This document shows, one piece after another, positions 1 to 10,893 of a DNA stretch of 64,000 nucleotides. Origin of the DNA: Escherichia phage vB_EcoM_WFK; sequence record MK373775.1. One strand, given 5' to 3'. Made by a program: the position numbers and the translations under genes. The notes below the pieces were generated by a model that did no database searches, was not told where the DNA came from, and worked only from the letters and a program-made list of their open reading frames with translations. Within the stretch, counting starts at the first letter, position 1. Each line of letters starts with the position of its first letter.

Positions 1-1491
1 TCAAACTGGACTGCCGAAATGTCTGGGTCTTCTTCTGGTCTGTCTGCAGTAATTACTATTGATTCCGTTATAATGGATTCGGGTATTCTGTTAACTGAAG
101 TTGAAACTTCTGAAGAAGCTATTACTTCTCTAACTTTCCAAGAATCTATTAAAAAATATGGTGTCCCAGGCATAGTTGCTCTTTATCCTGGTGAACTTGG
201 CGACCAGCTCGAAATTGAAATCGTATCTAAAGCAGACTATGACAAAGGTGCTTCAGCCCAGTTAAAAATTTATCCTGATGGTGGTACTCGTGCATCTACT
301 GCTAAAGCAATCTTTGGGTACGGCCCACAAACTGATGACCAATATGCAATTATCGTTCGTCGTAACGATGCTGTAGTCCAGAGTGTAGTTCTTTCTACTA
401 AACGTGGTGAACGAGATATTTATGGTAGCAATATCTTCATTGATGATTTCTTTGCTAAAGGCGCAAGCAATTATATTTTCGCTACGGCACAAGGTTGGCC
501 AAAAGGTTTCTCTGGTGTAATCAAACTGAATGGTGGCTTATCATCTAATGAAACTGTTGAAGCCGGTGATTTAATGGAAGCTTGGGATTTGTTTGCTGAC
601 CGTGAATCGGTTAATGCACAGTTGTTTATTGCTGGTTCTTGTGCTGGTGAATCTTTAGAAGTTGCTTCTACAGTTCAGAAACATGTTGTAGCAATTGGTG
701 ATTCTCGTCAAGATTGCTTGGTTCTTTGCTCGCCTCCACGTGCAGCTGTAGTTGGTATTCCTGTTAATCGTGCAGTTGATAATCTGGTTGATTGGCGTAC
801 AGCGTCAGGAACTTACACCGATAATAACTTTAATATAAGTTCTACTTATGCTGCTATTGATGGTAACTATAAATATCAATATGACAAATATAACGATGTG
901 AATCGTTGGGTTCCATTAGCTGCTGATATCGCCGGTCTTTGTGCTCGAACAGACAATATTTCTCAGCCTTGGATGTCTCCAGCCGGTTATAACCGTGGAC
1001 AAATTCTTAACGTTATTAAGCTTGCAATTGAAACTCGTCAAGCACAACGAGATCGTTTGTATCAGGAAGCTATTAACCCTGTTACTGGTACCGGTGGTGA
1101 TGGGTATGTTCTGTACGGCGATAAAACTGCCACTTCTGTTCCTTCGCCATTTGACCGTATTAACGTTCGTCGTTTGTTCAATATGGTTAAAACGAACATT
1201 GGTTCAGCATCTAAATATCGCCTTTTTGAATTGAACAACGCATTTACCCGTTCTTCTTTCCGTACAGAGACTTCTCAATATCTACAGGGTATTAAAGCTC
1301 TTGGTGGTGTATATAACTTTAAAGTTGTTTGTGATACTACCAATAACACTCCAGCAGTTATCGACCGTAATGAATTTGTAGCTACTTTCTACTTACAACC
1401 TGCCCGCTCGATAAATTATATTACGTTGAACTTTGTAGCAACAGCAACTGGTGCCGATTTCGACGAACTGATTGGTGCTGTAGGTGGTTAA
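1..1491 (+). CDS. 18: tail sheath protein gp18 (C-terminal ~496 codons; 5' end outside window)
   Basis: Frame open from window position 1; directly upstream of tail tube gene 19; T4 order 18-19-20. Confidence 0.88.
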   Translation, partial: SNWTAEMSGSSSGLSAVITIDSVIMDSGILLTEVETSEEAITSLTFQESIKKYGVPGIVALYPGELGDQLEIEIVSKADYDKGASAQLKIYPDGGTRASTAKAIFGYGPQTDDQYAIIVRRNDAVVQSVVLSTKRGERDIYGSNIFIDDFFAKGASNYIFATAQGWPKGFSGVIKLNGGLSSNETVEAGDLMEAWDLFADRESVNAQLFIAGSCAGESLEVASTVQKHVVAIGDSRQDCLVLCSPPRAAVVGIPVNRAVDNLVDWRTASGTYTDNNFNISSTYAAIDGNYKYQYDKYNDVNRWVPLAADIAGLCARTDNISQPWMSPAGYNRGQILNVIKLAIETRQAQRDRLYQEAINPVTGTGGDGYVLYGDKTATSVPSPFDRINVRRLFNMVKTNIGSASKYRLFELNNAFTRSSFRTETSQYLQGIKALGGVYNFKVVCDTTNNTPAVIDRNEFVATFYLQPARSINYITLNFVATATGADFDELIGAVGG

Positions 1492-1504
1492 TAAGACGCC
1501 TGAT

Positions 1505-1522
1505 GGGCTATTTCGGTAGCCC
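1505..1522 (+). terminator. stem-loop after gene 18 (no U-tract)
   Basis: GGGCTA-tttcgg-TAGCCC. Confidence 0.35.
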
Positions 1523-1523
1523 A

Positions 1524-1531
1524 TATAAATA
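1524..1531 (+). promoter_or_regulatory. late promoter TATAAATA (gene 19)
   Basis: Exact TATAAATA ~75 nt upstream of start. Confidence 0.6.
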
Positions 1532-1603
1532 TACTATATCGTTTAAAAATTAATTCTATGGGCATCCGGTTAATCCTAAGCCCATATTACTACAGAGGCT
1601 AAT

Positions 1604-2095
1604 ATGTTTGTAGATGACGTAACTCGTGCCTTCGAATCTGGTGATTTCGCTCGCCCTAACCTGTTCGAAGTAGAAATCTCTTATCTTGGGCAAAACTTTA
1701 GCTTCCAGTGTCGTGCTACTGCTCTTCCTGCTGCGATCGTTGAAAAGGTTCCTGTTTCTTATATGAACCGTAAAATTAACGTGGCCGGTGATCGTACATT
1801 CGATGATTGGACTATTACAGTAATGAATGATGATGCTCATAGCATTCGTCAGAAATTTGTTGATTGGCAAGGTATTGCAGCAGGACAAGGTAATGAAATT
1901 ACCGGTGGTAAACCTGCTGAATATAAAAAGTCTGCTATCGTTCGTCAATTTGCTCGTGATGCTAAAACGGTCACTAAAGAAGTTGAAATTGTCGGCTTGT
2001 GGCCTACTAACGTTGGCGAAGTATCTCTTGACTGGGACAGCAATAACGAGATTGAAACGTTCGAAGTAACTCTTGCTCTTGATTGGTGGGAATAA
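1604..2095 (+). CDS. 19: tail tube protein gp19
   Basis: 163 aa, same length as T4 gp19; late promoter TATAAATA upstream; synteny. Confidence 0.9.
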   Translation: MFVDDVTRAFESGDFARPNLFEVEISYLGQNFSFQCRATALPAAIVEKVPVSYMNRKINVAGDRTFDDWTITVMNDDAHSIRQKFVDWQGIAAGQGNEITGGKPAEYKKSAIVRQFARDAKTVTKEVEIVGLWPTNVGEVSLDWDSNNEIETFEVTLALDWWE

Positions 2096-2143
2096 TCTGG
2101 TTGGGGAGAAATCCCCAGCTTCCCGTGATGACGGAGAAGTCCA

Positions 2144-2151
2144 TATAAATA
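2144..2151 (+). promoter_or_regulatory. late promoter TATAAATA (gene 20)
   Basis: Exact TATAAATA 29 nt upstream of ATG. Confidence 0.65.
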
Positions 2152-2179
2152 TAACTATAATTCCCATTCGGAGAATACA

Positions 2180-3751
2180 ATGAAATTTAATATCTTAAGT
2201 TTGTTTGCTCCATGGGCAAAAATGGACGAACGTGATTACAAAGACCAAGAAAAAGAAAATTTAGAATCTATCACCGCACCAAAATTAGACGACGGCGCTA
2301 AAGAATACGAAGTATCTGAAAATGAAGCACAGCAAACATATAATGCTATGTTTCAGAGAATGTTCGGTAGTCAAGAACCAGGGCTCAAATCAACCCGTGA
2401 ATTAATCGATACGTATCGAAATTTGATGACGAACTATGAAGTGGATAATGCAGTCTCTGAAATAGTTTCCGATGCTATTGTATATGAAGATGATACAGAA
2501 GTCGTTTCTATAAATTTAGACAACACAAAATTTAGTCCAAATATAAAATCAATGATGTTGGATGAATTTAACGAAGTGTTGAATCATTTATCTTTCCAAC
2601 GTAAAGGTTCAGACCATTTTAGGCGTTGGTATGTAGATTCTCGAATTTTCTTCCATAAAATTATTGACCCTAAACGCCCTAAAGAAGGTATTAAAGAGCT
2701 TCGTCGTTTAGACCCACGTCAAGTTCAATATGTCCGTGAAGTTATTACAACCACTGAAGCCGGTGTTAAAATAGTCAAGGGTTATAAAGAATATTTCATT
2801 TACGACACATCACACGAATCTTATGCTTGTGATGGTCGCATATATGAAGCTGGCACAAAAATAAAAATCCCTAAAGCCGCGATTGTTTATGCCCATTCTG
2901 GTTTAGTTGATTGTTGTGGTAAAAATATCATCGGTTATTTGCATCGGGCTATTAAGCCAGCGAACCAATTAAAACTTCTTGAAGATGCTGTCGTAATTTA
3001 TCGTATTACTCGTGCTCCCGATCGTCGTGTATGGTACGTTGATACAGGTAATATGCCTTCAAGAAAAGCAGCAGAACATATGCAACATGTTATGAATACG
3101 ATGAAAAACCGTATTGCATACGATGCTACTACAGGCAAGATTAAAAACCAGCAGCATATTATGTCGATGACCGAAGATTATTGGTTACAACGACGTGATG
3201 GTAAAGCAGTAACAGAAGTTGACACATTACCAGGTGCAGATAATACTGGAAATATGGAAGATGTACGTTGGTTCCGTAATGCGCTTTATATGGCTTTACG
3301 TATTCCTATTACCCGTATTCCAAGTGACCAAGGTGGTATACAGTTTGATGCTGGTACTTCTATTACACGAGATGAATTATCATTTGGTAAATTTATTCGT
3401 GAGCTGCAACATAAATTTGAAGAGATATTCCTAGACCCGCTTAAAACTAATTTAATTCTTAAAGGAATTATTACAGAAGATGAGTGGAATGATGAAATAA
3501 ATAATATTAAGATAAAATTTCATCGGGATAGTTATTTCTCGGAATTAAAGGATGCTGAGATTCTGGAGCGTCGCATTAATATGCTTCAGATGGCCGAACC
3601 ATTTATTGGTAAATATATTTCTCACAGAACAGCTATGAAAGATATTCTTCAGATGTCTGACGAGGAAATTGAACAAGAGGCTAAGCAAATTGAAGAAGAG
3701 TCGAAAGAGGCTCGTTTCCAAGACCCCGACCAAGAACAAGAGGATTTTTAA
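2180..3751 (+). CDS. 20: portal vertex protein gp20
   Basis: 523 aa; late promoter upstream; stop overlaps start of gene 67 (TAATG). Confidence 0.9.
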   Translation: MKFNILSLFAPWAKMDERDYKDQEKENLESITAPKLDDGAKEYEVSENEAQQTYNAMFQRMFGSQEPGLKSTRELIDTYRNLMTNYEVDNAVSEIVSDAIVYEDDTEVVSINLDNTKFSPNIKSMMLDEFNEVLNHLSFQRKGSDHFRRWYVDSRIFFHKIIDPKRPKEGIKELRRLDPRQVQYVREVITTTEAGVKIVKGYKEYFIYDTSHESYACDGRIYEAGTKIKIPKAAIVYAHSGLVDCCGKNIIGYLHRAIKPANQLKLLEDAVVIYRITRAPDRRVWYVDTGNMPSRKAAEHMQHVMNTMKNRIAYDATTGKIKNQQHIMSMTEDYWLQRRDGKAVTEVDTLPGADNTGNMEDVRWFRNALYMALRIPITRIPSDQGGIQFDAGTSITRDELSFGKFIRELQHKFEEIFLDPLKTNLILKGIITEDEWNDEINNIKIKFHRDSYFSELKDAEILERRINMLQMAEPFIGKYISHRTAMKDILQMSDEEIEQEAKQIEEESKEARFQDPDQEQEDF

Positions 3752-3987
3752 TGGACGATTTAATTCAAGCTATTAAATCAAACGACCTCGTTGCTACTCG
3801 AAAGTTTTTTGAAAGTGCAATGGCAGAAAAAACGGTTCGTTTGATTGAAGCACGCAAAGCAGAAATCGCTTCTCAATTTTTGATTGAAGGCGAAGAACCT
3901 GAAGAAGAAAAGAAAGCTAAAGCTTCGGAAGACGACGCTGATGAAGGCGATGACGACGAAGACGAAGATGATGAGGACGATGAATAA
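3751..3987 (+). CDS. 67: prohead core protein gp67
   Basis: 78 aa with strongly acidic D/E C-terminal tail; position 20-67-68-21. Confidence 0.85.
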   Translation: MDDLIQAIKSNDLVATRKFFESAMAEKTVRLIEARKAEIASQFLIEGEEPEEEKKAKASEDDADEGDDDEDEDDEDDE

Positions 3988-4412
3988 TGTATCTTATCCC
4001 TGAATCTTATGAATTGGTACTCGAAAATGTCGAAGCACTTATTCCTGAAGCACAGGGCCGAATCGATGCATTGTCTTCTGCTCTCGATATTGACGATATA
4101 AATACTATTATCGAGAACATGCTTGAAACTGAAACGGATTTAGCTGTTGCAATGGCTTCCATTATTAATGAAGAACAGTTAAATGAGTTTATCGTTAAAC
4201 ATGTTTCTTCTCGTGGTGAAGTCACCCGCACTAAAGACCGTAAAACTCGTGAACGTACCGCGTTCCAAACCACCGGTCTTTCTAAAGCAAAACGTAGACA
4301 AATCGCTCGTAAGGTCGTTAAAGCTAAAAAAGCTAACCCTTCAGGCCAAGTTAAAGGCTTGCGTAAGCGTAAAAAAGCTCTTAAACGTCGTAAAGCATTA
4401 GGATTAAGCTAA
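3987..4412 (+). CDS. 68: prohead core protein gp68
   Basis: 141 aa, basic C-terminus; synteny. Confidence 0.8.
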   Translation: MYLIPESYELVLENVEALIPEAQGRIDALSSALDIDDINTIIENMLETETDLAVAMASIINEEQLNEFIVKHVSSRGEVTRTKDRKTRERTAFQTTGLSKAKRRQIARKVVKAKKANPSGQVKGLRKRKKALKRRKALGLS

Positions 4413-5053
4413 TGAATAAACCCGAGTTACTTATTGAAACTTGGGGTCAACCCGGTGAGATTATTGATGGTGTTCCAATGTTGGAATCTCATGATGGAAA
4501 AGATTCTGGCTTAAAACCAGGGCTTTATATAGAAGGTATTTTTCTTCAGGCAGAGGTTGTTAACCGAAATAAACGTTTATATCCTAAACGCGTTTTGGAA
4601 AAAGCAGTAAGTGACTATATTAAAGAACAAGTCGCAACCAAACAAGCCCTTGGAGAATTAAACCATCCACCTCGTGCAAATGTTGACCCTATGCAAGCCG
4701 CTATCATTATTGAAGATATGTGGTGGAAAGGAAACGATGTATATGGACGTGCTAGAATTATTGAAGGAGACCATGGTCCCGGTGATAAATTAGCTGCTAA
4801 TATACGAGCTGGTTGGATTCCAGGTGTTTCCTCTCGTGGTCTTGGTTCTTTAACCGACACCAATAAAGGGTACCGTATCGTGAACGAAGGATTTAAATTA
4901 ACCGTCGGCGTAGATGCCGTATGGGGACCTTCTGCTCCAGATGCTTGGGTTACTCCTAAACAAATATCAGAATCAGAAAATTCGGTGGAAATCACCAAAA
5001 ACAGTGCTGACGAAGCATTTAAAGCTCTCGCAGAGAGTTTAAAAGCATTATAA
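4412..5053 (+). CDS. 21: prohead core protease gp21
   Basis: 213 aa; synteny between 68 and 22. Confidence 0.88.
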   Translation: MNKPELLIETWGQPGEIIDGVPMLESHDGKDSGLKPGLYIEGIFLQAEVVNRNKRLYPKRVLEKAVSDYIKEQVATKQALGELNHPPRANVDPMQAAIIIEDMWWKGNDVYGRARIIEGDHGPGDKLAANIRAGWIPGVSSRGLGSLTDTNKGYRIVNEGFKLTVGVDAVWGPSAPDAWVTPKQISESENSVEITKNSADEAFKALAESLKAL

Positions 5054-5056
5054 ATA
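5049..5056 (+). promoter_or_regulatory. late promoter TATAAATA (gene 22)
   Basis: Exact TATAAATA upstream of ATG. Confidence 0.6.
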
Positions 5057-5086
5057 ATAATGTAATCTAAACCACAGGACACTAAA

Positions 5087-5899
5087 ATGATCAAAGAACA
5101 ACTTTTGAAAGAAGCTCAGAACATCGAGACTTCAGTTGCTCTTAATAGTGTTTTCGAATCAGTAGAACTGTCTCCGGACGTTAAAGCTAATTTCAGCACT
5201 GTATTCGAAGCCACCGTTAAGCAGGAAGCAGTCAAACTTGCTGAATCTCATATCAAAGCCATCGCCGAAAAGGCCGAAGAAGAAGTTGAAAAGGCTAAAG
5301 AAGATGCTGAAGAGAAAGCTGATAAAAAATTGGCTGAACAAGCTTCTAAATTCCTAGACCATCTTGCAAAAGAATGGCTCGCAGAAAACCAAATCGCAGT
5401 TGATAAAGGCATTAAAGCTGATTTGTTCGAATCCATGCTTGGTGGTCTGAAAGAACTGTTTGTTGAACATAACGTTGTTGTTCCAGAAGAATCTGTAGAT
5501 GTTGTAGCAGAAATGGAAGAAGAGCTGGCCGAACATAAAGAAGAAACCGCTCGTTTGTTCGAAGAAGTTACCAAACGTGATGCATATATCAATTACGTTC
5601 AGCGTGAAACCGCTATTAATGAAAGCGTAAAAGACCTGACTGAATCTCAGAAAGAAAAAGTTATTGGCCTGGTTGAAGGTATGGATTATTCTGACGCATT
5701 TGGTACTAAGTTAACTGCTATTGTAGAAATGGTTAAAGGTTCTACTAAAGAAGAAGCCGCTATTACCGAAAGTATAAATACAGTTGACAATGACGCTGCC
5801 GGTCTTAATTTTGTTGCCGAAGCAGTTGACACTACCACAACTCAGGTAGAACAGAATTCTAATGTAAGTTTATATGCGAAAGTCGCATCTCGTTTCTAA
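5087..5899 (+). CDS. 22: prohead scaffold protein gp22
   Basis: 270 aa, E/K-rich coiled-coil-like; late promoter upstream. Confidence 0.85.
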   Translation: MIKEQLLKEAQNIETSVALNSVFESVELSPDVKANFSTVFEATVKQEAVKLAESHIKAIAEKAEEEVEKAKEDAEEKADKKLAEQASKFLDHLAKEWLAENQIAVDKGIKADLFESMLGGLKELFVEHNVVVPEESVDVVAEMEEELAEHKEETARLFEEVTKRDAYINYVQRETAINESVKDLTESQKEKVIGLVEGMDYSDAFGTKLTAIVEMVKGSTKEEAAITESINTVDNDAAGLNFVAEAVDTTTTQVEQNSNVSLYAKVASRF

Positions 5900-5916
5900 T
5901 TTAAAGGTTAACACAA

Positions 5917-7485
5917 ATGACTACTATCAAAACTAAAGCTCAGCTCGTAGACAAATGGAAAGAACTGCTGGAAGGTGAAGGCCTGCCGGAAATCGCTAAT
6001 AGCAAGCAGGCTATTATCGCTAAAATCTTCGAAAACCAGGAAAAAGATTTCGAAGTATCCCCTGAATATAAAGACGAGAAAATCGCTCAGGCATTTGGTT
6101 CTTTCTTGACCGAAGCTGAAATTGGCGGTGACCACGGTTATAACGCTCAGAACATCGCAGCAGGTCAAACCTCTGGTGCAGTAACCCAAATTGGGCCGGC
6201 AGTTATGGGTATGGTTCGTCGTGCTATTCCTAATCTGATCGCTTTTGATATTTGTGGTGTTCAGCCTATGAACAGCCCTACCGGTCAGGTATTTGCTCTC
6301 CGTGCAGTATATGGTAAAGACCCTATCGCTGCCGGCGCTAAAGAAGCTTTCCATCCGATGTATGCTCCAGATGCGATGTTCTCTGGTCAGGGTGCTGCTA
6401 AGAAATTCCCAGCTCTGGCTGCTAGCACACAAACCACAGTAGGTGATATCTATACTCACTTCTTCCAAGAAACTGGTACTGTATATCTGCAAGCTTCTGC
6501 TGTCGTAACACTTGATTCTGGTGCAACTGATGCAGCTAAATTAGATGCAGAAGTTAAGAAACAAATGGAAGCTGGTGCACTGGTAGAAATCGCTGAAGGT
6601 ATGGCTACTTCTATCGCTGAACTCCAGGAAGGTTTCAACGGTTCTACCGATAACCCATGGAATGAAATGGGCTTCCGTATCGATAAACAAGTTATCGAAG
6701 CTAAATCTCGCCAGCTGAAAGCTGCTTACTCTATCGAATTAGCACAAGACCTCCGTGCAGTACACGGTATGGATGCTGATGCTGAATTGAGTGGTATTCT
6801 GGCTACAGAAATTATGCTAGAAATCAACCGTGAAGTTGTTGATTGGATTAACTACTCTGCACAGGTTGGTAAATCTGGTATGACCCTGACTCCGGGTTCT
6901 AAAGCTGGTGTATTTGACTTCCAGGACCCGATTGATATCCGTGGTGCTCGTTGGGCCGGTGAAAGCTTTAAATCTCTGTTGTTCCAGATTGATAAAGAAG
7001 CAGTTGAAATTGCTCGTCAAACCGGTCGCGGTGAAGGTAACTTCATTATCGCTTCCCGTAACGTAGTTAACGTACTGGCTTCAGTTGATACTGGTATTTC
7101 TTACGCTGCACAGGGTCTGGCTTCTGGTTTTAATACCGACACTACTAAGTCTGTATTTGCCGGTGTCCTTGGTGGTAAATACCGCGTATACATCGACCAG
7201 TATGCTAAACAGGATTACTTCACCGTTGGTTACAAAGGCGCTAACGAAATGGATGCAGGTATCTACTATGCTCCTTACGTTGCACTTACCCCGCTGCGTG
7301 GTTCCGATCCTAAGAACTTCCAGCCGGTAATGGGCTTTAAAACTCGTTACGGTATCGGTGTTAACCCGTTTGCTGAAAGTTCCCTGCAGGCTCCAGGTGC
7401 TCGCATCCAGTCCGGTATGCCGTCTATCCTGAACAGCCTTGGTAAGAACGCTTACTTTAGACGCGTCTACGTTAAAGGAATTTAA
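5917..7485 (+). CDS. 23: major capsid protein gp23
   Basis: 522 aa; followed by strong stem-loop terminator; synteny. Confidence 0.95.
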   Translation: MTTIKTKAQLVDKWKELLEGEGLPEIANSKQAIIAKIFENQEKDFEVSPEYKDEKIAQAFGSFLTEAEIGGDHGYNAQNIAAGQTSGAVTQIGPAVMGMVRRAIPNLIAFDICGVQPMNSPTGQVFALRAVYGKDPIAAGAKEAFHPMYAPDAMFSGQGAAKKFPALAASTQTTVGDIYTHFFQETGTVYLQASAVVTLDSGATDAAKLDAEVKKQMEAGALVEIAEGMATSIAELQEGFNGSTDNPWNEMGFRIDKQVIEAKSRQLKAAYSIELAQDLRAVHGMDADAELSGILATEIMLEINREVVDWINYSAQVGKSGMTLTPGSKAGVFDFQDPIDIRGARWAGESFKSLLFQIDKEAVEIARQTGRGEGNFIIASRNVVNVLASVDTGISYAAQGLASGFNTDTTKSVFAGVLGGKYRVYIDQYAKQDYFTVGYKGANEMDAGIYYAPYVALTPLRGSDPKNFQPVMGFKTRYGIGVNPFAESSLQAPGARIQSGMPSILNSLGKNAYFRRVYVKGI

Positions 7486-7514
7486 TGCTTTAACGTTAAA
7501 ATACATAACCTTAT

Positions 7515-7538
7515 GGGAGACTTCGGTCTCCCATTTTT
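7515..7538. terminator. bidirectional intrinsic terminator after gene 23
   Basis: GGGAGAC-ttcg-GTCTCCC followed by T-run. Confidence 0.7.
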
Positions 7539-7542
7539 GGTT

Positions 7543-7812
7543 TTATTTCTGTGCAATTTCGATGTAAGTTTTCAAAATATTTTGCCAATTAGGCATACCT
7601 TCTTGGGCATATGCCGGAGAACCATCTTTGTTTTTGAATGATGCAAGTTTATCAGTGGCCCAATAACCTTTAGCTCGAGCTTCAGAATCAACTTTCATCC
7701 ATACTTTGTTGAAGGCATTACCATTAACTTTTGCACCATATTTTTCTACTAACTTAACTGCTTCAGCTTCCAGAACTTTTAAAGTATCTCGTAAGAAACG
7801 TGCTTTAGTCAT
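7543..7812 (-). CDS. hypothetical early protein (89 aa) between genes 23 and 24
   Basis: ORF with RBS; T4-type early promoter upstream; insulated by terminator. Confidence 0.5.
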   Translation of the reverse strand: MTKARFLRDTLKVLEAEAVKLVEKYGAKVNGNAFNKVWMKVDSEARAKGYWATDKLASFKNKDGSPAYAQEGMPNWQNILKTYIEIAQK

Positions 7813-7842
7813 TTTGTTTACTCCTCTGTAGTTGATAAGTCT

Positions 7843-7872
7843 ATAGTATCACATACCAAATACGTTGTAAAC
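7843..7872 (-). promoter_or_regulatory. T4-type early promoter
   Basis: GTTTAC, 17-nt spacer, ATACTAT. Confidence 0.5.
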
Positions 7873-7878
7873 AATCTT

Positions 7879-7886
7879 TATAAATA
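7879..7886 (+). promoter_or_regulatory. late promoter TATAAATA (gene 24)
   Basis: Exact TATAAATA 28 nt upstream of ATG. Confidence 0.65.
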
Positions 7887-7913
7887 ATCTATATCACATA
7901 AGGAAAAAATGCA

Positions 7914-9197
7914 ATGAGTAAAATCCAAAAATTATTGCGTGAATCTACAACGTCTACTAGCAACTCAATTGGTCGCCCAAATCTCGTTGCTTTGACTCGC
8001 GCTACGACTAAATTAATATATTCTGACATTGTAGCAACACAAAGAACTAATCAACCTGTTGCTGCTTTTTATGGTATCAAATATCTTAACCCAGATAACG
8101 AATTCACATTTAAAACTGGCGCTACTTATGCTGGTGAAGCTGGATACGTAGACCGAGAAAAAATTACTGAGCTCACAGAAGAATCAAAAGTCACACTAAA
8201 TAAAGGCGATTTTTTCAAATATAATAATATCGTCTATAAAGTGTTAGAAGATACACCATTTGCAGATATTCAAGAAAGTGATCTAGAATTAGCTCTTCAG
8301 ATTGCAGTCGTTCATTTAAAGGTACGGTTATTTTCAGATGCAGCGGTAACAAGCAAATTTGAAAGCTCTGATAGCGAAATTTCTGATGCAAGATTCCAGA
8401 TTAATAAATGGCAAACTTCAGTCAAATCTCGTAAACTTAAAACTGGTCTCACGGTTGAATTAGCGCAAGATTTGGAAGCGAATGGATTTGATGCCCCTAA
8501 CTTCTTAGAAGATTTGCTTGCTACTGAAATGGCAGATGAAATTAATAAAGATATTCTTCAGTCTTTAATTACTGTATCGAAACGTTATAAAGTTACTGGA
8601 ATTACTGACACCGGATTTATTGACTTGAGCTATGCATCCGCTCCAGAAGCAGGTCGTTCGTTATATCGAATGGTGTGTGAAATGGTATCACACATCCAAA
8701 AAGAGACAACTTATACTGCAACGTTTTGTGTAGCCTCAGCTCGTGCAGCTGCTATTCTTGCTGCTTCCGGTTGGTTAAAACATAAGCCAGAAGATGACAA
8801 GTATCTTTCACAAAATGCTTATGGATTCTTGGCAAATGGATTACCTCTTTACTGCGATACCAACAGCCCGTTAGATTATGTTATTGTGGGTGTTGTAGAA
8901 AATCTCGGCGAAAAAGAAATTGTAGGGTCCATCTTTTATGCTCCATACACTGAAGGAGTGGATTTAGATGACCCGGAACATGTCGGTGCATTTAAAGTTG
9001 TAGTTGATCCGGAAAGCTTGCAACCGTCTATTGGATTATTGGTTAGATATGCTTTATCAGCAAATCCTTACACAGTAGCAAAAGATGAAAAAGAAGCGAG
9101 AGTAATTGATGGCGGGGACATGGATAAAATGGCGGGACGTTCAGACTTGTCTGTTTTACTCGGTGTTAAATTGCCTAAAATTATTATAGATGAATAA
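7914..9197 (+). CDS. 24: capsid vertex protein gp24
   Basis: 427 aa; late promoter; gp23 paralogue position. Confidence 0.9.
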   Translation: MSKIQKLLRESTTSTSNSIGRPNLVALTRATTKLIYSDIVATQRTNQPVAAFYGIKYLNPDNEFTFKTGATYAGEAGYVDREKITELTEESKVTLNKGDFFKYNNIVYKVLEDTPFADIQESDLELALQIAVVHLKVRLFSDAAVTSKFESSDSEISDARFQINKWQTSVKSRKLKTGLTVELAQDLEANGFDAPNFLEDLLATEMADEINKDILQSLITVSKRYKVTGITDTGFIDLSYASAPEAGRSLYRMVCEMVSHIQKETTYTATFCVASARAAAILAASGWLKHKPEDDKYLSQNAYGFLANGLPLYCDTNSPLDYVIVGVVENLGEKEIVGSIFYAPYTEGVDLDDPEHVGAFKVVVDPESLQPSIGLLVRYALSANPYTVAKDEKEARVIDGGDMDKMAGRSDLSVLLGVKLPKIIIDE

Positions 9198-9208
9198 ACA
9201 AAAAAAAA

Positions 9209-9231
9209 GGGACCGTAAGGTCCCTTTTTTT
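9209..9231. terminator. bidirectional intrinsic terminator between gene 24 and rnlB
   Basis: GGGACC-gtaa-GGTCCC flanked by A-run and T-run. Confidence 0.7.
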
Positions 9232-9233
9232 CG

Positions 9234-10232
9234 TTATGATACTAATTCAATCCATGCAGGACGCAGAACATCTTGCACCATTCGGACTAATTCTTTCTTA
9301 ACAAGATTCGGATTATCAGATGATGTTAATACAATACCTTCACGAGAAGTTTCTTCCAGAATATCTTGAACAGTCAATCCCATCACTTTGCCAAAAGATT
9401 TTGGCGTTACAGCCCCAATCTTAGAAATAACATTATTAACACGATTTAATGTAACATAACAAGCTAGAACATCAAGCAAGTTTTTGTCAATTTCGGTTAA
9501 TGGAACCTGAGTTTTAATAGGCTTATCAGACTTTTTCTTTTCACTGAATTTAGAGTTCTTGCACTTAATAGCTACACGAGTACCGTTTGGCAGCCATTTA
9601 GGGAAACAAGGCTTCAGAACATAACCTTCTGCCGTATTATCGCCAATAACATTAGCATCAAATACACAATTATTTGCTTCGACAAGGTCTTCTGACGCAG
9701 TAGCATTATAAGCGGCTAAGACGGAATCAAGGTCATTTGGAATCATGATAAGAGAATCAAATGTTCCACGACCAAGCATTGGTGCCATTTTAAAACCGAA
9801 TTCATTACAGAAATCTTGCATTTCGTAATCGGTCAAATACGTATTATCACCACTTTCTGTATTGATAAGGATATCGAACACATAAAAATCTTTTTCACCG
9901 TAGTCAACACCTTTCTGGATTCCACCACCAGCAAATTCACCGAATACTTGATATGATACGGCTCGAGCTGTGTACATGAATTCCTGAACGGCTTTAATAG
10001 CTTTATCATACTTCTTGAGTACGATTTCATAACCATAAAAATCTTCTGCTGGAAGAATAGGGCCTGTGCGCTTGGCGCATGTGACGTTGCCACGTTCAAT
10101 TATTAACGAGAAGTTGGTCCCATGGATTTTCTCACGTGCTACCCAAACACCAGTAGTCAAACCATTAGTGTAGAGTTTTTCAATAAACTTAGAGTTGTAG
10201 TGGTTTTCAAGACTGCTGTATTTCTTAAACAT
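9234..10232 (-). CDS. rnlB: RNA ligase 2
   Basis: 332 aa; nucleotidyltransferase motif I KIHGTN near N-terminus; position after gene 24. Confidence 0.88.
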   Translation of the reverse strand: MFKKYSSLENHYNSKFIEKLYTNGLTTGVWVAREKIHGTNFSLIIERGNVTCAKRTGPILPAEDFYGYEIVLKKYDKAIKAVQEFMYTARAVSYQVFGEFAGGGIQKGVDYGEKDFYVFDILINTESGDNTYLTDYEMQDFCNEFGFKMAPMLGRGTFDSLIMIPNDLDSVLAAYNATASEDLVEANNCVFDANVIGDNTAEGYVLKPCFPKWLPNGTRVAIKCKNSKFSEKKKSDKPIKTQVPLTEIDKNLLDVLACYVTLNRVNNVISKIGAVTPKSFGKVMGLTVQDILEETSREGIVLTSSDNPNLVKKELVRMVQDVLRPAWIELVS

Positions 10233-10323
10233 AAATCACCATTATAAATAATAATATCAAAATAATTAGCAGAGACTCTATCTCTGACCGGATGTTTAAT
10301 TTGAATGGATAGAACCTAGATTC

Positions 10324-10349
10324 ATTATACCATCAAAAAATGTAAAGCA
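10324..10349 (-). promoter_or_regulatory. MotA-dependent middle promoter candidate (rnlB)
   Basis: MotA box TGCTTTA 13 nt upstream of TATAAT. Confidence 0.45.
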
Positions 10350-10351
10350 TA

Positions 10352-10603
10352 CTAGAACTTGATTTCTATCCAGTGCCCATCACGCTGGTCGTGATTAATT
10401 TTGTACTGAAAGCCGTTATCACGAAGCCATTGACCGACTTGTTCAGTTATAGTTAAATCGTTCTTTGACGGGTAGTACGTGAATTGTGTCTGGCCTTTAT
10501 CAGCGGCTTTCTCTGCTATCACAGAGAAGTTAGTAATAAAATCACTCAACAAATTAGCTTTAGCGGCCAGAGCCCTTTCTCTTAATTCCTGTGCAAAACT
10601 CAT
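10352..10603 (-). CDS. hypothetical protein (24.2 position)
   Basis: 83-aa ORF, compact operon arrangement. Confidence 0.5.
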   Translation of the reverse strand: MSFAQELRERALAAKANLLSDFITNFSVIAEKAADKGQTQFTYYPSKNDLTITEQVGQWLRDNGFQYKINHDQRDGHWIEIKF

Positions 10604-10800
10604 TTCTTCACCTTTTTGTTAATCAAACGTTTACGGTATACAACTTTTTCTTTTGCTTTAAACTTTGACCGAGCTGTCTCGGCTTTAGTCCATAGTAATC
10701 CAACTTCTTTAGGTTGTAAACCAATTTTTTGAGCAATTTCTACGAATGAAAATCCCGCCTCATGTAATGTATAAACTTCAACTTCAGCTCTCATAATCAA
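10600..10800 (-). CDS. hypothetical protein (24.3 position)
   Basis: 66-aa ORF overlapping downstream gene by 4 nt. Confidence 0.45.
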   Translation of the reverse strand: MIMRAEVEVYTLHEAGFSFVEIAQKIGLQPKEVGLLWTKAETARSKFKAKEKVVYRKRLINKKVKK

Positions 10801-10875
10801 TCCCGTATTATTTGGTTTGTGCCATTATATACATCAATCTCAAGATGTGTTTTGTATGCTTTAAAAACGAAGAAA

Positions 10876-10889
10876 GGGGCCGAAGCCCC
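10876..10889 (-). terminator. stem-loop terminator downstream of hoc-like gene
   Basis: GGGGC-cgaa-GCCCC. Confidence 0.5.
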
Positions 10890-10893
10890 TTGA

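Noticed and set aside
3900-3987. GAA/GAC/GAT-rich run considered as a simple-sequence repeat
   Set aside because: It encodes the acidic C-terminal tail of prohead core protein gp67.
262-7506. Antisense or alternate-frame ORFs inside genes 18-23 (262-492, 941-1234, 1556-2167, 4615-5094, 5248-5592, 5908-6492, 7081-7506 and others)
   Set aside because: They lie wholly inside well-supported structural genes, have no RBS or promoter, and have low-complexity composition.
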